Assembly: GCA_001567365.1 (NCBI GenBank)
Contig: JZEL01000029.1
Location: 17,525 to 81,524, forward strand
Direction: 5' to 3'
DNA from: Parcubacteria bacterium OLB19
GTDB taxonomy: Bacteria > Patescibacteriota > Minisyncoccia > Phycocordibacterales > UBA918
DNA: 64,000 bases
Part shown: one piece after another, positions 38,254 through 48,607 of the stretch
How positions within the stretch are numbered: position 1 is the first letter of the stretch
Layout: each line of letters opens with the position of its first letter
Position numbers and translations under genes: made by a program
The notes under the pieces: generated by a model
The model's database searches: none
The model's input: the letters and a program-made list of their open reading frames with translations, nothing else
Told to the model about the DNA's origin: nothing

Positions 38254-39684
38254 GTGAATTATATCACGACTTATTCAGAACGTATATTTAATAAATTAAA
38301 AATTCTCCGCTCAAATCATATATACTTTACGTTCATGAATACAAACAATACCGATAACAAACTCACAACAGAACCTATACCTAGACTCTTAAAAATTATT
38401 GCCTTACCAGCCATGGTCGGTTTCTTTTTTAACACCATGTACAACGTAGTAGACACATGGGTAGCTGGACAAATTTCTGATGAAGCTCTAGCGGCACTTT
38501 CTCTTACCTTTCCTGTCTTTTTTATTATCATCGCTGTAGCCATGGGTATCGGTACTGGTGTTACTACTCTAATTGCCAACGAACTTGGAGCTGGCCGTAC
38601 ACAAAAAGCCCAACATTACACTTCTCAAGCTATATTATTTGGTTTAATAATTTCAATCGCCCTAACTATAATTGGGTACATCACCTCCCCTACTTTATTT
38701 AAATTACTAGGTGCAGAAGACACTTACCTAGCAAGCGCTCTTCTTTATATGCAGACCATATTTTTAGGTTCGATTTTCCTTAGTATGGCATCAATCTTAA
38801 ACGGTATACTTAACGCTGTCGGTGATACAAAATCATACAGAAATGTACTAGTGGTTGGGTTTTTTATAAATCTAATTCTTAGTCCGATGTTAGCGCTTGG
38901 CTGGTTGGGATTACCAGCTCTTGGTGTTTTGGGTATTGCCATCGCCACCATCATCAGCAATTTCCTCGGCTTTATATATTTATCTCACAAAGTTTGGCAA
39001 ACCAACTTAGTTGATACATCAAATATTTTTACTCCCAACAAAAAATCTTTCATAGATATTGCTACTCAAGGCCTGCCAGCCAGTTTCTCGATGATGACAA
39101 TTGCGCTCGGTGCTTTTATTATCACTTACTTTGTCAGTCAATACGGAAAAGAAGCAGTGGCTGGTTATGGCACAGCCTTAAGAATTGAACAAATAGCTTT
39201 GATACCAGCTATTGGCATAAATATTGCAGTACTAACTTTGATTGGACAAAATAATGGCGCTCAAAGATTTGATCGAGTCAAAGAAACGATCCGATATGGA
39301 CTTAAATATATTTTATTAATAAATACAATTTCAGCTTTATTTATACTTTTTGGCGCTTATTATTTATTAAAAATCTTCACAAATGCGCCAGAAATAATCG
39401 CTTTTGGTGCCGAGTATCTCACCATCGCGGCTTTAATTTCATGGGCATATGGCATTATATTTGTAACCGAATCAGTACTGCGAGGCTTGAAACGTCCTAT
39501 TTTTCCTATGATGATAGGAATAATGAGACAATTAATTCTTCCACTACCCATTTTCTACCTAGTAACTTTCACATTCACTTTAGGCATAATGGGCTTATGG
39601 TGGAGTATTTTTGCTATTGTTTGGTTATCGGCAATTATTTCGCTTTTATATACATACTCAATACTTAAGAAAACGAATAATTAA
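38254..39684 (+). CDS. MATE family efflux transporter
   Basis: 12-TM profile. N-terminal MATE motif …NTMYNVVDTWVAGQISDEALAALSLTFPVFF…. Confidence 0.8.
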   Translation: MNYITTYSERIFNKLKILRSNHIYFTFMNTNNTDNKLTTEPIPRLLKIIALPAMVGFFFNTMYNVVDTWVAGQISDEALAALSLTFPVFFIIIAVAMGIGTGVTTLIANELGAGRTQKAQHYTSQAILFGLIISIALTIIGYITSPTLFKLLGAEDTYLASALLYMQTIFLGSIFLSMASILNGILNAVGDTKSYRNVLVVGFFINLILSPMLALGWLGLPALGVLGIAIATIISNFLGFIYLSHKVWQTNLVDTSNIFTPNKKSFIDIATQGLPASFSMMTIALGAFIITYFVSQYGKEAVAGYGTALRIEQIALIPAIGINIAVLTLIGQNNGAQRFDRVKETIRYGLKYILLINTISALFILFGAYYLLKIFTNAPEIIAFGAEYLTIAALISWAYGIIFVTESVLRGLKRPIFPMMIGIMRQLILPLPIFYLVTFTFTLGIMGLWWSIFAIVWLSAIISLLYTYSILKKTNN

Positions 39685-39696
39685 AATGTATTTGTT

Positions 39697-40981
39697 TTGT
39701 GCTACGATAGCCAAATGAAAAAATCAACACACATAATTTATGATGTGATTATTATCGGTGGTGGACCAGCTGGTATGATGTCAGCTGGTCGAGCCTCAAG
39801 TCGTGGCGCTAAAGTATTACTCTTAGAAAAGAATCCCGATGTTGGCAAAAAATTATTAATAACTGGCGGTGGACGTTGTAATGTCACAAACGCAGAAGAA
39901 AATACTCGTAAGTTTTTAGCTAATTATAAAGATAGTGATAAATTTCTCTTTTCCGCATTTTCACAATATTCCGTTAAAGACGTTTTTGAATTTTTTTCAT
40001 GAACATGGAATGGAAACTAAAGTCGAAGATAATGGTCGCGTTTTCCCAGTCACCGATTCCGCTCGTACAGTTTATGAAGTACTTAAAAATTATCTAAAAG
40101 ATAATAAGGTAGAAATAGAAAACAAGGCTGAGGTAAAAAATATAATCGCTGATAATAAAAAAATTTCCAGTGTCATTTTAGCTGATGGTAGAACCTTAAA
40201 AGCTCGCTCATTTATTTTAGCCACAGGTGTCAAATCTCGCCCCGACACAGGATCGACCGGCGATGGTTTTAAGTGGCTTAAAACACTCGGACACACCGTC
40301 ATTGAACCTGATGTTTCGTTGGTGCCAATAACTATTAAAGAAGATTGGATTAAAAATTTAGCCGGTATTACTTTACCAAAAACTAAAATTACAATCTTTC
40401 AGGATAATAAAAAACAATTCAGCCGTACTGGAAAAATACTTTTTACTCACGTTGGTTTAAGTGGTCCAACTATTTTAAATATGAGTAAAAATGTTAGAGA
40501 ATTATTAAATTATGGAAAAGTAATGATACAACTGGATTTATTTCCTGACCAAAATGAGGGTGAATTAGATAATATACTTATTAATCTTTTTCAGGAAAAT
40601 AACAAGCAGTTAAAAAATTCTCTCGCCACTCTCCTTCCCAGCGCTTTAGTTATTACATTACTAAATCAAAGTACAATTTCACCTGAAATAAAATGTCACA
40701 GTATTACTCGTGAAAACAGAAAAACCTTAGTTAAATTACTGAAGACTTTTTCTTTATCAGTCAAAGGTTTACTTGGTACCAATAAAGCTATTATAACTTC
40801 TGGTGGTGTTGCCTTAACGGAAGTAAATTTCAAAACCATGCAGTCACGACTATATGACAACTTATATATTATTGGTGATTTACTAAACATAGACCGACCG
40901 TCTGGTGGTTTTAGTTTACAGTTGTGCTGGACTACCGGCTACGTAGCAGGAAACTCCATTGAGGTGGAGAACAATAAATGA
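39697..40981 (+). CDS. HI0933/YhiN-like FAD-dependent oxidoreductase (aminoacetone-oxidase family), split by a T7 homopolymer frameshift at ~39991-39997
   Basis: N-terminal GxGxxG (IIIGGGPAGMMSAG). With T6 the junction reads …DVFEFFHEHGMETKVEDNGRVFPVTDSA…, the continuous HI0933 pattern. Confidence 0.75.
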
Positions 40982-40983
40982 AT

Positions 40984-41020
40984 AAAGCGGGGTTTCCTTC
41001 GGAAACCCCGCTTTATTTTA
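40984..41020. terminator. bidirectional terminator (aaagcggggtttcc-ttc-ggaaaccccgcttt) between convergent genes
   Basis: Perfect 14-bp stem with T-tract. Confidence 0.65.
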
Positions 41021-41036
41021 GGTACATCTATCACTA

Positions 41037-41756
41037 CTAATACCCTGCAAATTCCTCAAAGCGAATATCGTCACTATCAACCCCCATCTTATCTAACATT
41101 TCTCTCATTGCCTCCACCATAGCCTGTGGTCCGACCAAATAATAAATTGGTGATGTATTTTCTGGTAGATATTTTTTAATCATATCTTCATTTATCCTCC
41201 CTCTCTCCCCTAGCCAATCTTCATTTTCATTTTCAGTATTAGTAATTGTCGCTACTAACTTAAAATTACTATTTTGTTTTTCTAAATTTTGTAATTCAGT
41301 TAAGAAAGCAGAATCCTCAGGATTGTTATTGGAATAAAATAAGATAATTTTATTTTCTAATTTTCTTTCTGTTGCATCATTAATCATAGAATAAAACGGT
41401 GTAATACCAATTCCACCCGCAATAAAAATTGCTGGTCTTTCCACTTTCTTATGTAAACCAAAAGAACCAAACGGACCCTCAAGACACAGAAATGCATCTT
41501 CATCCAAACTTCTCATTACCCGCTTAAAAGCCGAATCTCGTAAACGCATCGCTATTTTTAAAACCGGTTCATGTGGCGCGCTTACCAAAGAAAAAGTTCT
41601 TATATTTCCCTTACTGTCAGTCTCTTTCGGATCAACTAAAGTTAAGTCTATCGTTTGTCCCGATTGATACATAAAACCCTCGGGTTTTTCTAGAGTAAAT
41701 TCCATTGTCTCTCTCGCTACCTCTCTTTTTTCTATCAGTTTAATTTCGTAAATCAT
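41037..41756 (-). CDS. ferredoxin-NADP reductase-like FAD/NAD(P)-binding oxidoreductase
   Basis: RTFSLVSAP (RxYS FAD motif). GGIGITPF NAD(P)-binding motif. Confidence 0.7.
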   Translation of the reverse strand: MIYEIKLIEKREVARETMEFTLEKPEGFMYQSGQTIDLTLVDPKETDSKGNIRTFSLVSAPHEPVLKIAMRLRDSAFKRVMRSLDEDAFLCLEGPFGSFGLHKKVERPAIFIAGGIGITPFYSMINDATERKLENKIILFYSNNNPEDSAFLTELQNLEKQNSNFKLVATITNTENENEDWLGERGRINEDMIKKYLPENTSPIYYLVGPQAMVEAMREMLDKMGVDSDDIRFEEFAGY

Positions 41757-41863
41757 TATTTATTTCTAAAGTACTTAATAAGAATCTGACTATCTTAACA
41801 CTTTTTTATTATTAAAAAAGAATTTTATTATTAGATAAAAAAGTCTATACTATATCAATTAAT

Positions 41864-42808
41864 ATGAAGAAAAAGACCAAAAAAAATATTTGGTATATTA
41901 CCCTTGTTGTTGTCGAGGCACTTTGCATTATAGCTTTGAGCTTTATGATTTTTGTTTTACTGCAAGATGGTTTTGATAACTATGGGACTAATGAAAATCA
42001 AAGCCCACAAACAGCGGAAGAACAAAAAACCGATTTCCTCACAGATGAGGAAGGTGTAATGATTATTGAAAATCCAGACAAAGGAACCGAATCACCAGAA
42101 GAAGTTATCATTCCAATTAATCGTGTCTTATTTGAATACATAGAAGTTTTTGATAGTTGTGGACCACACTTTGAAGGAGAATGTTTAAATGCCCGCTCCG
42201 GCCCAGGTACTGATTATCCGGCCACTGCCAAATTAAGAAAAGGAGTAGTTTTAAAGGTTGATGGTGAAGTAGAGCGTGATAATGGTGAAATTTGGTATAA
42301 AGTGGTTTTTGATGAATGGCTTCGTTACCCAGAAAGAGTTAAAGGTGATTGGTACGTTAATTCCGATTATGTTGAGGTACTTTTAGATGAAGGTGACAAA
42401 ACTATTTGGGATCACGGCAAAGCTACTAGTACAAAAGAAATTATAGTTGATCGCTCCGAACAGAAACTTTACGCCTATGAAAACGATGAGTTATTTATGG
42501 AAATATCCATTTCCACTGGACTAGAACTAACTCCTACACCACGAGGAACTTTCACTGTTTTCAAAAAAACTCCTAGTCGTTATATGCAAGGTCCTCTACC
42601 AAACCTGATAGACCAACAATACTATGACCTTCCTGGTGTGCCTTGGAATTTGTATTTTACGGATGGTGGAGCCGTGATTCATGGTGCCTACTGGCACAAC
42701 AGCTTCGGCCGGAAATATTCACACGGTTGTGTAAATGTACCAATAGACAAAGCTCGCGAACTGTATAGTTGGACTCCACTCGGTACCAAGGTTACAGTAA
42801 AAGATTAG
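41864..42808 (+). CDS. L,D-transpeptidase (YkuD/ErfK domain) with N-terminal TM and SH3-like region
   Basis: Catalytic signature …HGAYWHNSFGRKYSHGCVNV… (H..SHGC). Confidence 0.8.
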   Translation: MKKKTKKNIWYITLVVVEALCIIALSFMIFVLLQDGFDNYGTNENQSPQTAEEQKTDFLTDEEGVMIIENPDKGTESPEEVIIPINRVLFEYIEVFDSCGPHFEGECLNARSGPGTDYPATAKLRKGVVLKVDGEVERDNGEIWYKVVFDEWLRYPERVKGDWYVNSDYVEVLLDEGDKTIWDHGKATSTKEIIVDRSEQKLYAYENDELFMEISISTGLELTPTPRGTFTVFKKTPSRYMQGPLPNLIDQQYYDLPGVPWNLYFTDGGAVIHGAYWHNSFGRKYSHGCVNVPIDKARELYSWTPLGTKVTVKD

Positions 42809-42860
42809 ACAATAAAATTTACTTTGTGTCACATGTATTTTATAGTATAATGGTAGGACT

Positions 42861-43673
42861 TTGAAATACGTTCACACCATTTCTGTTTTAGGATTTGTAT
42901 TGACCTTAAATATTGCCTACAGTCTGTTCAATGAAGTTTCATCTAAAGAAACTCTTAAATCCGAAAATAAACTCGGTCCCATTACTGTTAGTTTTACCCA
43001 TAACGCGGACAAAAAAGAAGTTATTGTTAGTCACTCTTCAGACAATGAGATTACAAAAATTTTAGACTATACTCAGATTGAATCTACAAAGGCAGATGAC
43101 ATGAGCAACGAGGAAGAAACGGAAGAAGATTACGAAAAAGAAAAAACGAGTACTAAAAAGCGGGAAAGATCTACCGAAGAAATTCAAACTCCATTCTTCT
43201 CTCAATTCACCGATATCTCCGATCCAAGTTGGCGTAAAGTTGGATGCGGAATTGCAAGTCTAGCTATGATCATTGAACTTTATAACCCAGGAAAAGTTTC
43301 GGTTGATAATTTACTTACTGAAGGTATAAAATCCGGTGCTTATCTAAATGATGCTGGTTGGATACATAATGGCTTAATACAATTGGCGCAAAACTACGGA
43401 CTAAACGGAAACACTCGAGATTTATCGTCGTTAAACACCAAAAGCGCTTTGACTGAATTAGAAAAAACTTTAAATAAGGGTCCGGTGATGGCATCGGTAC
43501 ACTACACTTTTGACCCCACAAACCCCATTCCCCACTTAGTAGTCATAAATAAAATTATCGGTGACACTGTTTATTATAATGACCCTTCTGAAAAAGCTGG
43601 TAACGGTTCTATTTCCACCACTCAATTCCTTAAAGCTTGGAAAAAAAGATATATTGAAATTAGACCAGTTTAA
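42861..43673 (+). CDS. secreted peptidase C39-like (papain-fold) domain protein
   Basis: Signal peptide. WRKVGCGIASLAMII (Cys nucleophile context) and a downstream His-containing block (…PHLVVIN…YYNDP…) as in Peptidase_C39_2. Confidence 0.5.
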   Translation: MKYVHTISVLGFVLTLNIAYSLFNEVSSKETLKSENKLGPITVSFTHNADKKEVIVSHSSDNEITKILDYTQIESTKADDMSNEEETEEDYEKEKTSTKKRERSTEEIQTPFFSQFTDISDPSWRKVGCGIASLAMIIELYNPGKVSVDNLLTEGIKSGAYLNDAGWIHNGLIQLAQNYGLNGNTRDLSSLNTKSALTELEKTLNKGPVMASVHYTFDPTNPIPHLVVINKIIGDTVYYNDPSEKAGNGSISTTQFLKAWKKRYIEIRPV

Positions 43674-43721
43674 GCTAATAAAGCTTGCTACCGTACCACA
43701 CACACGCTATTATGGTCGCTA

Positions 43722-44726
43722 ATGAAACAAATATATTCAAACTTTTTCTTTTGGCCAGTTCTTATTAGTTCTTTAATTTTTATTAGTATCGGATGGCAGA
43801 TGGGTTTAACCGCCTTTTTCTTGGTGGTGATTCTTTCCATTCTTGAAGTTACCTTGTCTTTTGACAATGCAGTTGTAAACGCCAGAGTGCTGAAACGTAT
43901 GAGCCCAATCTGGCAAAGACGCTTCTTAACTTGGGGTATTTTAATCGCTGTATTCGGTACTCGTTTTATATTACCAATTATCATTGTCAGTGTTGCTGTA
44001 CTCGCTTCGCCGGTTTATATAACGAAACTAGCCTTTACCAACCCTGAAGAGTACGGCCGACTACTTGAAGGTGTACATGCCTCTATAACGGCCTTCGGTG
44101 GAATTTTCTTACTTATGGTGTCTTTAAAATTCTTCTTTGATAAAGCTAAGTCAGTGCACTGGATTAGAGTAGTAGAAGAACATTTGGTACGTTGGGGTAA
44201 TATTGAAGCGATTGAAGTTGCAATTGCACTTTCACTTCTTTTAACTATGTCATTTTTGACACACTACGATCAAGCCTCAGTTTTGATTGCCGGAATCGTT
44301 GGTTTGGTCTTGTTTATTATCATGGAAGGTGTAGCTGGATCATTATCGATTGAAGGTAAGGATATCGCTATTGGTGGTGCCACATTATTCATTTACCTAA
44401 ACATCCTAGACTCCGCTTTCTCACTTGACGGTGTGATTGGTGCTTTTGCTCTTACTAGTAACCTAGTGATTATTATGGTAGGTCTTGGTATTGGTGCTTT
44501 CTTTGTTAGATCCTTTACTCTTTATATGGTACAAAAAAATACCTTGGCAGAATTAGTTTATCTAGAACACGGCGCACATTGGGCAATTCTTGGTTTATCG
44601 ACAATGATGTTAGCCAATTTACTGGTACATGTGCCGGAAGTAATTATAGGATTGATTGGACTTTGTTTTGTCCTACTTTCCTACTACTCTTCTATTTCGG
44701 AAAGAAAGAGAAAGATGCACAATTAA
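43722..44726 (+). CDS. TerC/DUF475-family integral membrane protein
   Basis: Multi-TM. LSFDNAVVNA and AFSLDGVIGA motifs. Confidence 0.5.
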   Translation: MKQIYSNFFFWPVLISSLIFISIGWQMGLTAFFLVVILSILEVTLSFDNAVVNARVLKRMSPIWQRRFLTWGILIAVFGTRFILPIIIVSVAVLASPVYITKLAFTNPEEYGRLLEGVHASITAFGGIFLLMVSLKFFFDKAKSVHWIRVVEEHLVRWGNIEAIEVAIALSLLLTMSFLTHYDQASVLIAGIVGLVLFIIMEGVAGSLSIEGKDIAIGGATLFIYLNILDSAFSLDGVIGAFALTSNLVIIMVGLGIGAFFVRSFTLYMVQKNTLAELVYLEHGAHWAILGLSTMMLANLLVHVPEVIIGLIGLCFVLLSYYSSISERKRKMHN

Positions 44727-44762
44727 AAAAGAGGCGCGCCCTATGGGCGCGCCTCTTTTTAA
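44726..44762. terminator. rho-independent terminator (aaaaagaggcgcgccc-tat-gggcgcgcctcttttt)
   Basis: Perfect 16-bp GC-rich stem plus T5. Confidence 0.7.
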
Positions 44763-44797
44763 TTTGCATTTCCCCAACACCCTAATACAATATAGCC

Positions 44798-45661
44798 ATG
44801 CCTGAACTACCAGAAGTAGAAACTGTGCGCCTACAGTTATTACACAAAATTCTTAATAAACCGATAGAAAAAATTAAAGTCTTCAACCAAAAGACTGTAG
44901 CTAACAATGCAAATTTTTCCAAAAAACTAATTGGAAAATCCTTCGCCAATATCGACAGAATTGGCAAATTACTAATATTCAGTTTCAAAGATGAAAAAGA
45001 TTTATTTCTACTTACCCATCTAAAAATGACTGGGCAATTCTTCTATGTTGATCAAAAAGAAATTGTTGGAGGCGGACATTCAAGCGGAGTTGATGACAGT
45101 AAAGATTTACCAAACCGTCACACGAGAATTGCTTTTTATTTTACCGATGGAACCTCTCTGTTCTTCAATGACATGCGCATGTTTGGTTATATGAAAATTG
45201 CTAATCTTGTTGAAGCGGAAAAGGCTAAAGCTAGATTCGGGCAAGAACCGATTGCGAATGATTTTGATTTCCAAAAATTTTCTGAAAGAATAAAAAAGAA
45301 AAACACTCCCATTAAAGCCACTCTTCTCGACCAGTCATTAGTAGCAGGGCTAGGAAATATTTACGTCGACGAGGCACTTTTTCTAGCTGGTGTATTACCA
45401 AACAGGAAAACTAGTGAAGTATCAGAAAAGGAAATAAAAAATATTATCAAAGCCGGTGGCAAAGTTATGAATAAATCAATCACTTATGGTGGTACCACTT
45501 TCCAACACTTTCTGGACATCGGTGGCCAAACCGGTAATTATACTGATTTTCTTAAAGTTTTTGGTAAGCAAAATACCCCTTGTCCAAAATGTAAAACCTT
45601 AATTCAAAAATCACGAGTAGCGGGAAGAGGTACTCACTTCTGTCCTAATTGTCAAAAATAA
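44798..45661 (+). CDS. mutM: formamidopyrimidine-DNA glycosylase (Fpg/MutM)
   Basis: MPELPEVETVR N-terminal catalytic Pro2/Glu3. C-terminal zinc finger CPKC…CPNC. Confidence 0.9.
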   Translation: MPELPEVETVRLQLLHKILNKPIEKIKVFNQKTVANNANFSKKLIGKSFANIDRIGKLLIFSFKDEKDLFLLTHLKMTGQFFYVDQKEIVGGGHSSGVDDSKDLPNRHTRIAFYFTDGTSLFFNDMRMFGYMKIANLVEAEKAKARFGQEPIANDFDFQKFSERIKKKNTPIKATLLDQSLVAGLGNIYVDEALFLAGVLPNRKTSEVSEKEIKNIIKAGGKVMNKSITYGGTTFQHFLDIGGQTGNYTDFLKVFGKQNTPCPKCKTLIQKSRVAGRGTHFCPNCQK

Positions 45662-46326
45662 TTATGAATGTAAAAATCGAATCAAGTTGGCAAGAAGCCC
45701 TCAAAGATGAGTTTACCAAACCCTATTTCAAAAACTTAACTGAAAAAATAAAAGACGCCTATTTACAAGAAGTAATTTATCCTCATCCCAAAAATATTTT
45801 TAACGCCTTTGCCTTTTGTCCTTTTGGTCAAGTAAAAGTGGTCATATTAGGACAAGACCCTTACCATGGTACAGGTCAAGCACACGGCTTATCTTTTTCG
45901 GTACCAGACGGTATTAAAATTCCACCCTCACTACAAAATATTTATAAGGAATTAAAAAGTGATATTGGAAAAGAAATTCCTCCTTCAGGTAATTTAGAGC
46001 ATTGGGCTAAACAAGGAGTTTTGCTTTTAAATGCCACCCTTACAGTGCGAGCCGGCGTAGCCGGCTCGCATCAAGGTCTTGGCTGGGAAACCTTTACTGA
46101 CACCATCATCAAAACTATTTCTGATCAAAAAGAACATATAGTTTTTATCCTTTGGGGTAAATATGCAGAAGCTAAAACCAACCTGATAGACAAAGAAAAA
46201 CATTTAATTATCACTTCCCCACACCCTTCCCCATTTTCAGCTTACACTGGATTCTTCGGTTCCAAACCATTTAGTAAGACAAATGAATATTTAGAAAAGC
46301 ATGGATTAGAAAAAATTGAGTGGTAA
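45649..46326 (+). CDS. ung: uracil-DNA glycosylase (family 1)
   Basis: GQDPYHG water-activating motif, HPSPFS, and overall UNG pattern. Confidence 0.9.
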   Translation: MSKIIMNVKIESSWQEALKDEFTKPYFKNLTEKIKDAYLQEVIYPHPKNIFNAFAFCPFGQVKVVILGQDPYHGTGQAHGLSFSVPDGIKIPPSLQNIYKELKSDIGKEIPPSGNLEHWAKQGVLLLNATLTVRAGVAGSHQGLGWETFTDTIIKTISDQKEHIVFILWGKYAEAKTNLIDKEKHLIITSPHPSPFSAYTGFFGSKPFSKTNEYLEKHGLEKIEW

Positions 46327-46375
46327 ATCTATAAAAAACTCCATGATGTCATAAGTAAAGTTGTAGGTTTTTACA

Positions 46376-47911
46376 CTAAACCAAACCTGGGAAGAAATCA
46401 GTAACAATCTGTTTTAGAGGTACTTTCATATCTTTGAGTAACTTTCGGTAAGATCTAACCATCATTGGCGGACCGGAAATATACCATTCCCTTTCTAAGT
46501 AATCTGGTGCGTGTTTTTTAATAATTTCTTCAGTTAAAAATCCAAATTCACAACCAACAATTTTTTCCTTAGCTAAAATATTTATCACATTGATAGGTAA
46601 TTTTTTTTCAGCATCAGCGAGAATCTCTTGGTAAGCAATTTCTGCTTCTGTGTTATTACAATTAAACAAAATAGTATCGCGCTTTTCTTTATTATGAATC
46701 ATCTCACTTATTTGACTAGCAAATGGTGTAATACCGATTCCACCTGCCACCATAGCTACTTTTTTTGTATTGTCTTTTGGTAAAGTAAAATCACCGGCTC
46801 TTTGACTAGCAATTATCTTATCGCCAACAGCTAACAAAAGTAGATTGGTTTTATAGGTACTGATTTTTTCGCCAAAACGCACTCCAATACGTAAACATTT
46901 ATCACTTGGGGCTGAAGCAATAGTAAAATATCTTCTTATACCACGATTATCTGACTGGTCATGAGGCAACATCCATTCCATGTATTGTCCAGCAACAAAT
47001 GCCATATCATGTGGTTTTGCAAAAACAAATTCAAAAGTATTTTTTGCTATTTCTCTTTTTTCTATCAGTGATAAAAATAATTTTTGACGTAAGGTAAAAG
47101 CAAAGAAAAGCAGATTGCCAATCACCAAAGCCAGCTCTGGTGTTAGTTCTAGAAATGATTCGAAGATTGTGGTTTGTGATAAAAAACCAATCAGCATTGC
47201 ATAAATGATTTGTAAATTTTTAGTCGGTGGTAAAGTAAACGGTTCCGTCAGCATGAAAAATGCCAAAAACAAGGTTGGTCCAGATAACCAAAAATTTGGT
47301 ATTTGTTCCCAAAATCCAGCACCAATACTCCAACCCTCAAATAAATAAAAAATGAAAGCGGTGAGAACGAAAACCGAAATTAATTTAAAACGCCTAAGTT
47401 TAATTACTAGCAAAGTACCAACCAGAACCAAAGGTACAAACATAGCTGGTTGCCCTATCCACCAAGCCGATTCAAAATATCCTAGATTGGGAAAAAATTG
47501 GTAAAATAATGCCACTAACACAACACCAAAAGCAGCGGGGTTTACTAAATGTTGCTTTTGTCTCACGAAAATAAATTTTGATAAAATCGCCAGAAAAGTG
47601 ACCAAAGCAATGATCCAAGATTCTGCGATATTATTCCAAAGGGCTGGCAAAACTAAAAAGAAAATGATTAAAGCGGTAATCACCGCTGATTCATTATTAA
47701 CATGGATTTGTAGTAACTTACCCAAAACAACGTTGGTTATCAAAGCTGTTGTTAGTACCACAAACAGCGAAACTAGTTGCTCTAATGCCGAATAAGGAAC
47801 AAAATTAAAAACACCTAAAACCAAAGAACATATGACCAAAAAGCTGAGAGACAAAGTCACTAGACGGTACATACCAATAGCATCTAGATGGGTGTTTATT
47901 AAGTGAAACAT
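46376..47911 (-). CDS. membrane oxidoreductase: N-terminal polytopic domain fused to C-terminal FNR-like FAD/NAD(P)-binding domain
   Basis: About 9 TM segments in the first 270 aa. Then RRYFTIASAP (RxYS) and AGGIGITPF motifs. Confidence 0.6.
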   Translation of the reverse strand: MFHLINTHLDAIGMYRLVTLSLSFLVICSLVLGVFNFVPYSALEQLVSLFVVLTTALITNVVLGKLLQIHVNNESAVITALIIFFLVLPALWNNIAESWIIALVTFLAILSKFIFVRQKQHLVNPAAFGVVLVALFYQFFPNLGYFESAWWIGQPAMFVPLVLVGTLLVIKLRRFKLISVFVLTAFIFYLFEGWSIGAGFWEQIPNFWLSGPTLFLAFFMLTEPFTLPPTKNLQIIYAMLIGFLSQTTIFESFLELTPELALVIGNLLFFAFTLRQKLFLSLIEKREIAKNTFEFVFAKPHDMAFVAGQYMEWMLPHDQSDNRGIRRYFTIASAPSDKCLRIGVRFGEKISTYKTNLLLLAVGDKIIASQRAGDFTLPKDNTKKVAMVAGGIGITPFASQISEMIHNKEKRDTILFNCNNTEAEIAYQEILADAEKKLPINVINILAKEKIVGCEFGFLTEEIIKKHAPDYLEREWYISGPPMMVRSYRKLLKDMKVPLKQIVTDFFPGLV

Positions 47912-48021
47912 TTTTGTAATTAATACGTATTTATAAGTGCGGAATCGAGAGATTCTACCACAATACGTCTATTTTATGGTATTCTTTCATCATTCTGATT
48001 ATTTCTTAATTCATTCAACCT

Positions 48022-48607
48022 ATGCCTATAGTAGCCATAATATTAAGTTTGAGTCTAATTGCTCTCGGTGTCTATTTAATAAATAATAAAAGCAATCAAG
48101 AAAATTTTGCCACTGCGAAAACTGAAGAGATACTTACAACCAAACCAGAGGAAATTGAACCTGTAAATAACGAAACAATTACTACAACACAAGAAGCAGA
48201 TTCAACTACAGAAACCAACATCACTGAAAATGAAAAGGTAGAAGAAAATCAGATCACCAATAACACTGACTCCTCAAAAAAACACTGTATATGAAATCGT
48301 ACCCGTAAGTGTAGAAAAATCCTACACTAGTGAAGCTGTATATTTTGCTTCCAACAATAAATACACTATTGATGTAACACTTGATGTGAAAGATGGAGTA
48401 GTAATCAACTCTGATGTTATGTACGGAAACAAGGAAACCGGTTACCAGCACCCACTTCAAGAACGTTTTGATGGCGCTTACAAAACTCAAGTGGTTGGCA
48501 AAAGACTAGAAGATATATCATTATCACGAGTTGGTGGTGCTTCTCTAACCTCCAAAGCCTTCAATGAAGCCATTGCTAATATTATTGATCAAACTACTCA
48601 ATCTTAA
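48022..48607 (+). CDS. secreted FMN-binding (FMN_bind) domain protein, split by an A7 homopolymer frameshift at ~48276-48282
   Basis: Signal peptide/TM, Thr/Glu-rich linker, then …NKETGYQHP…SRVGGASLTSKAFNEAI, matching the FMN_bind pattern ETPG…D.VSGAT.TS. The flavinylated position is Ser here. Confidence 0.5.
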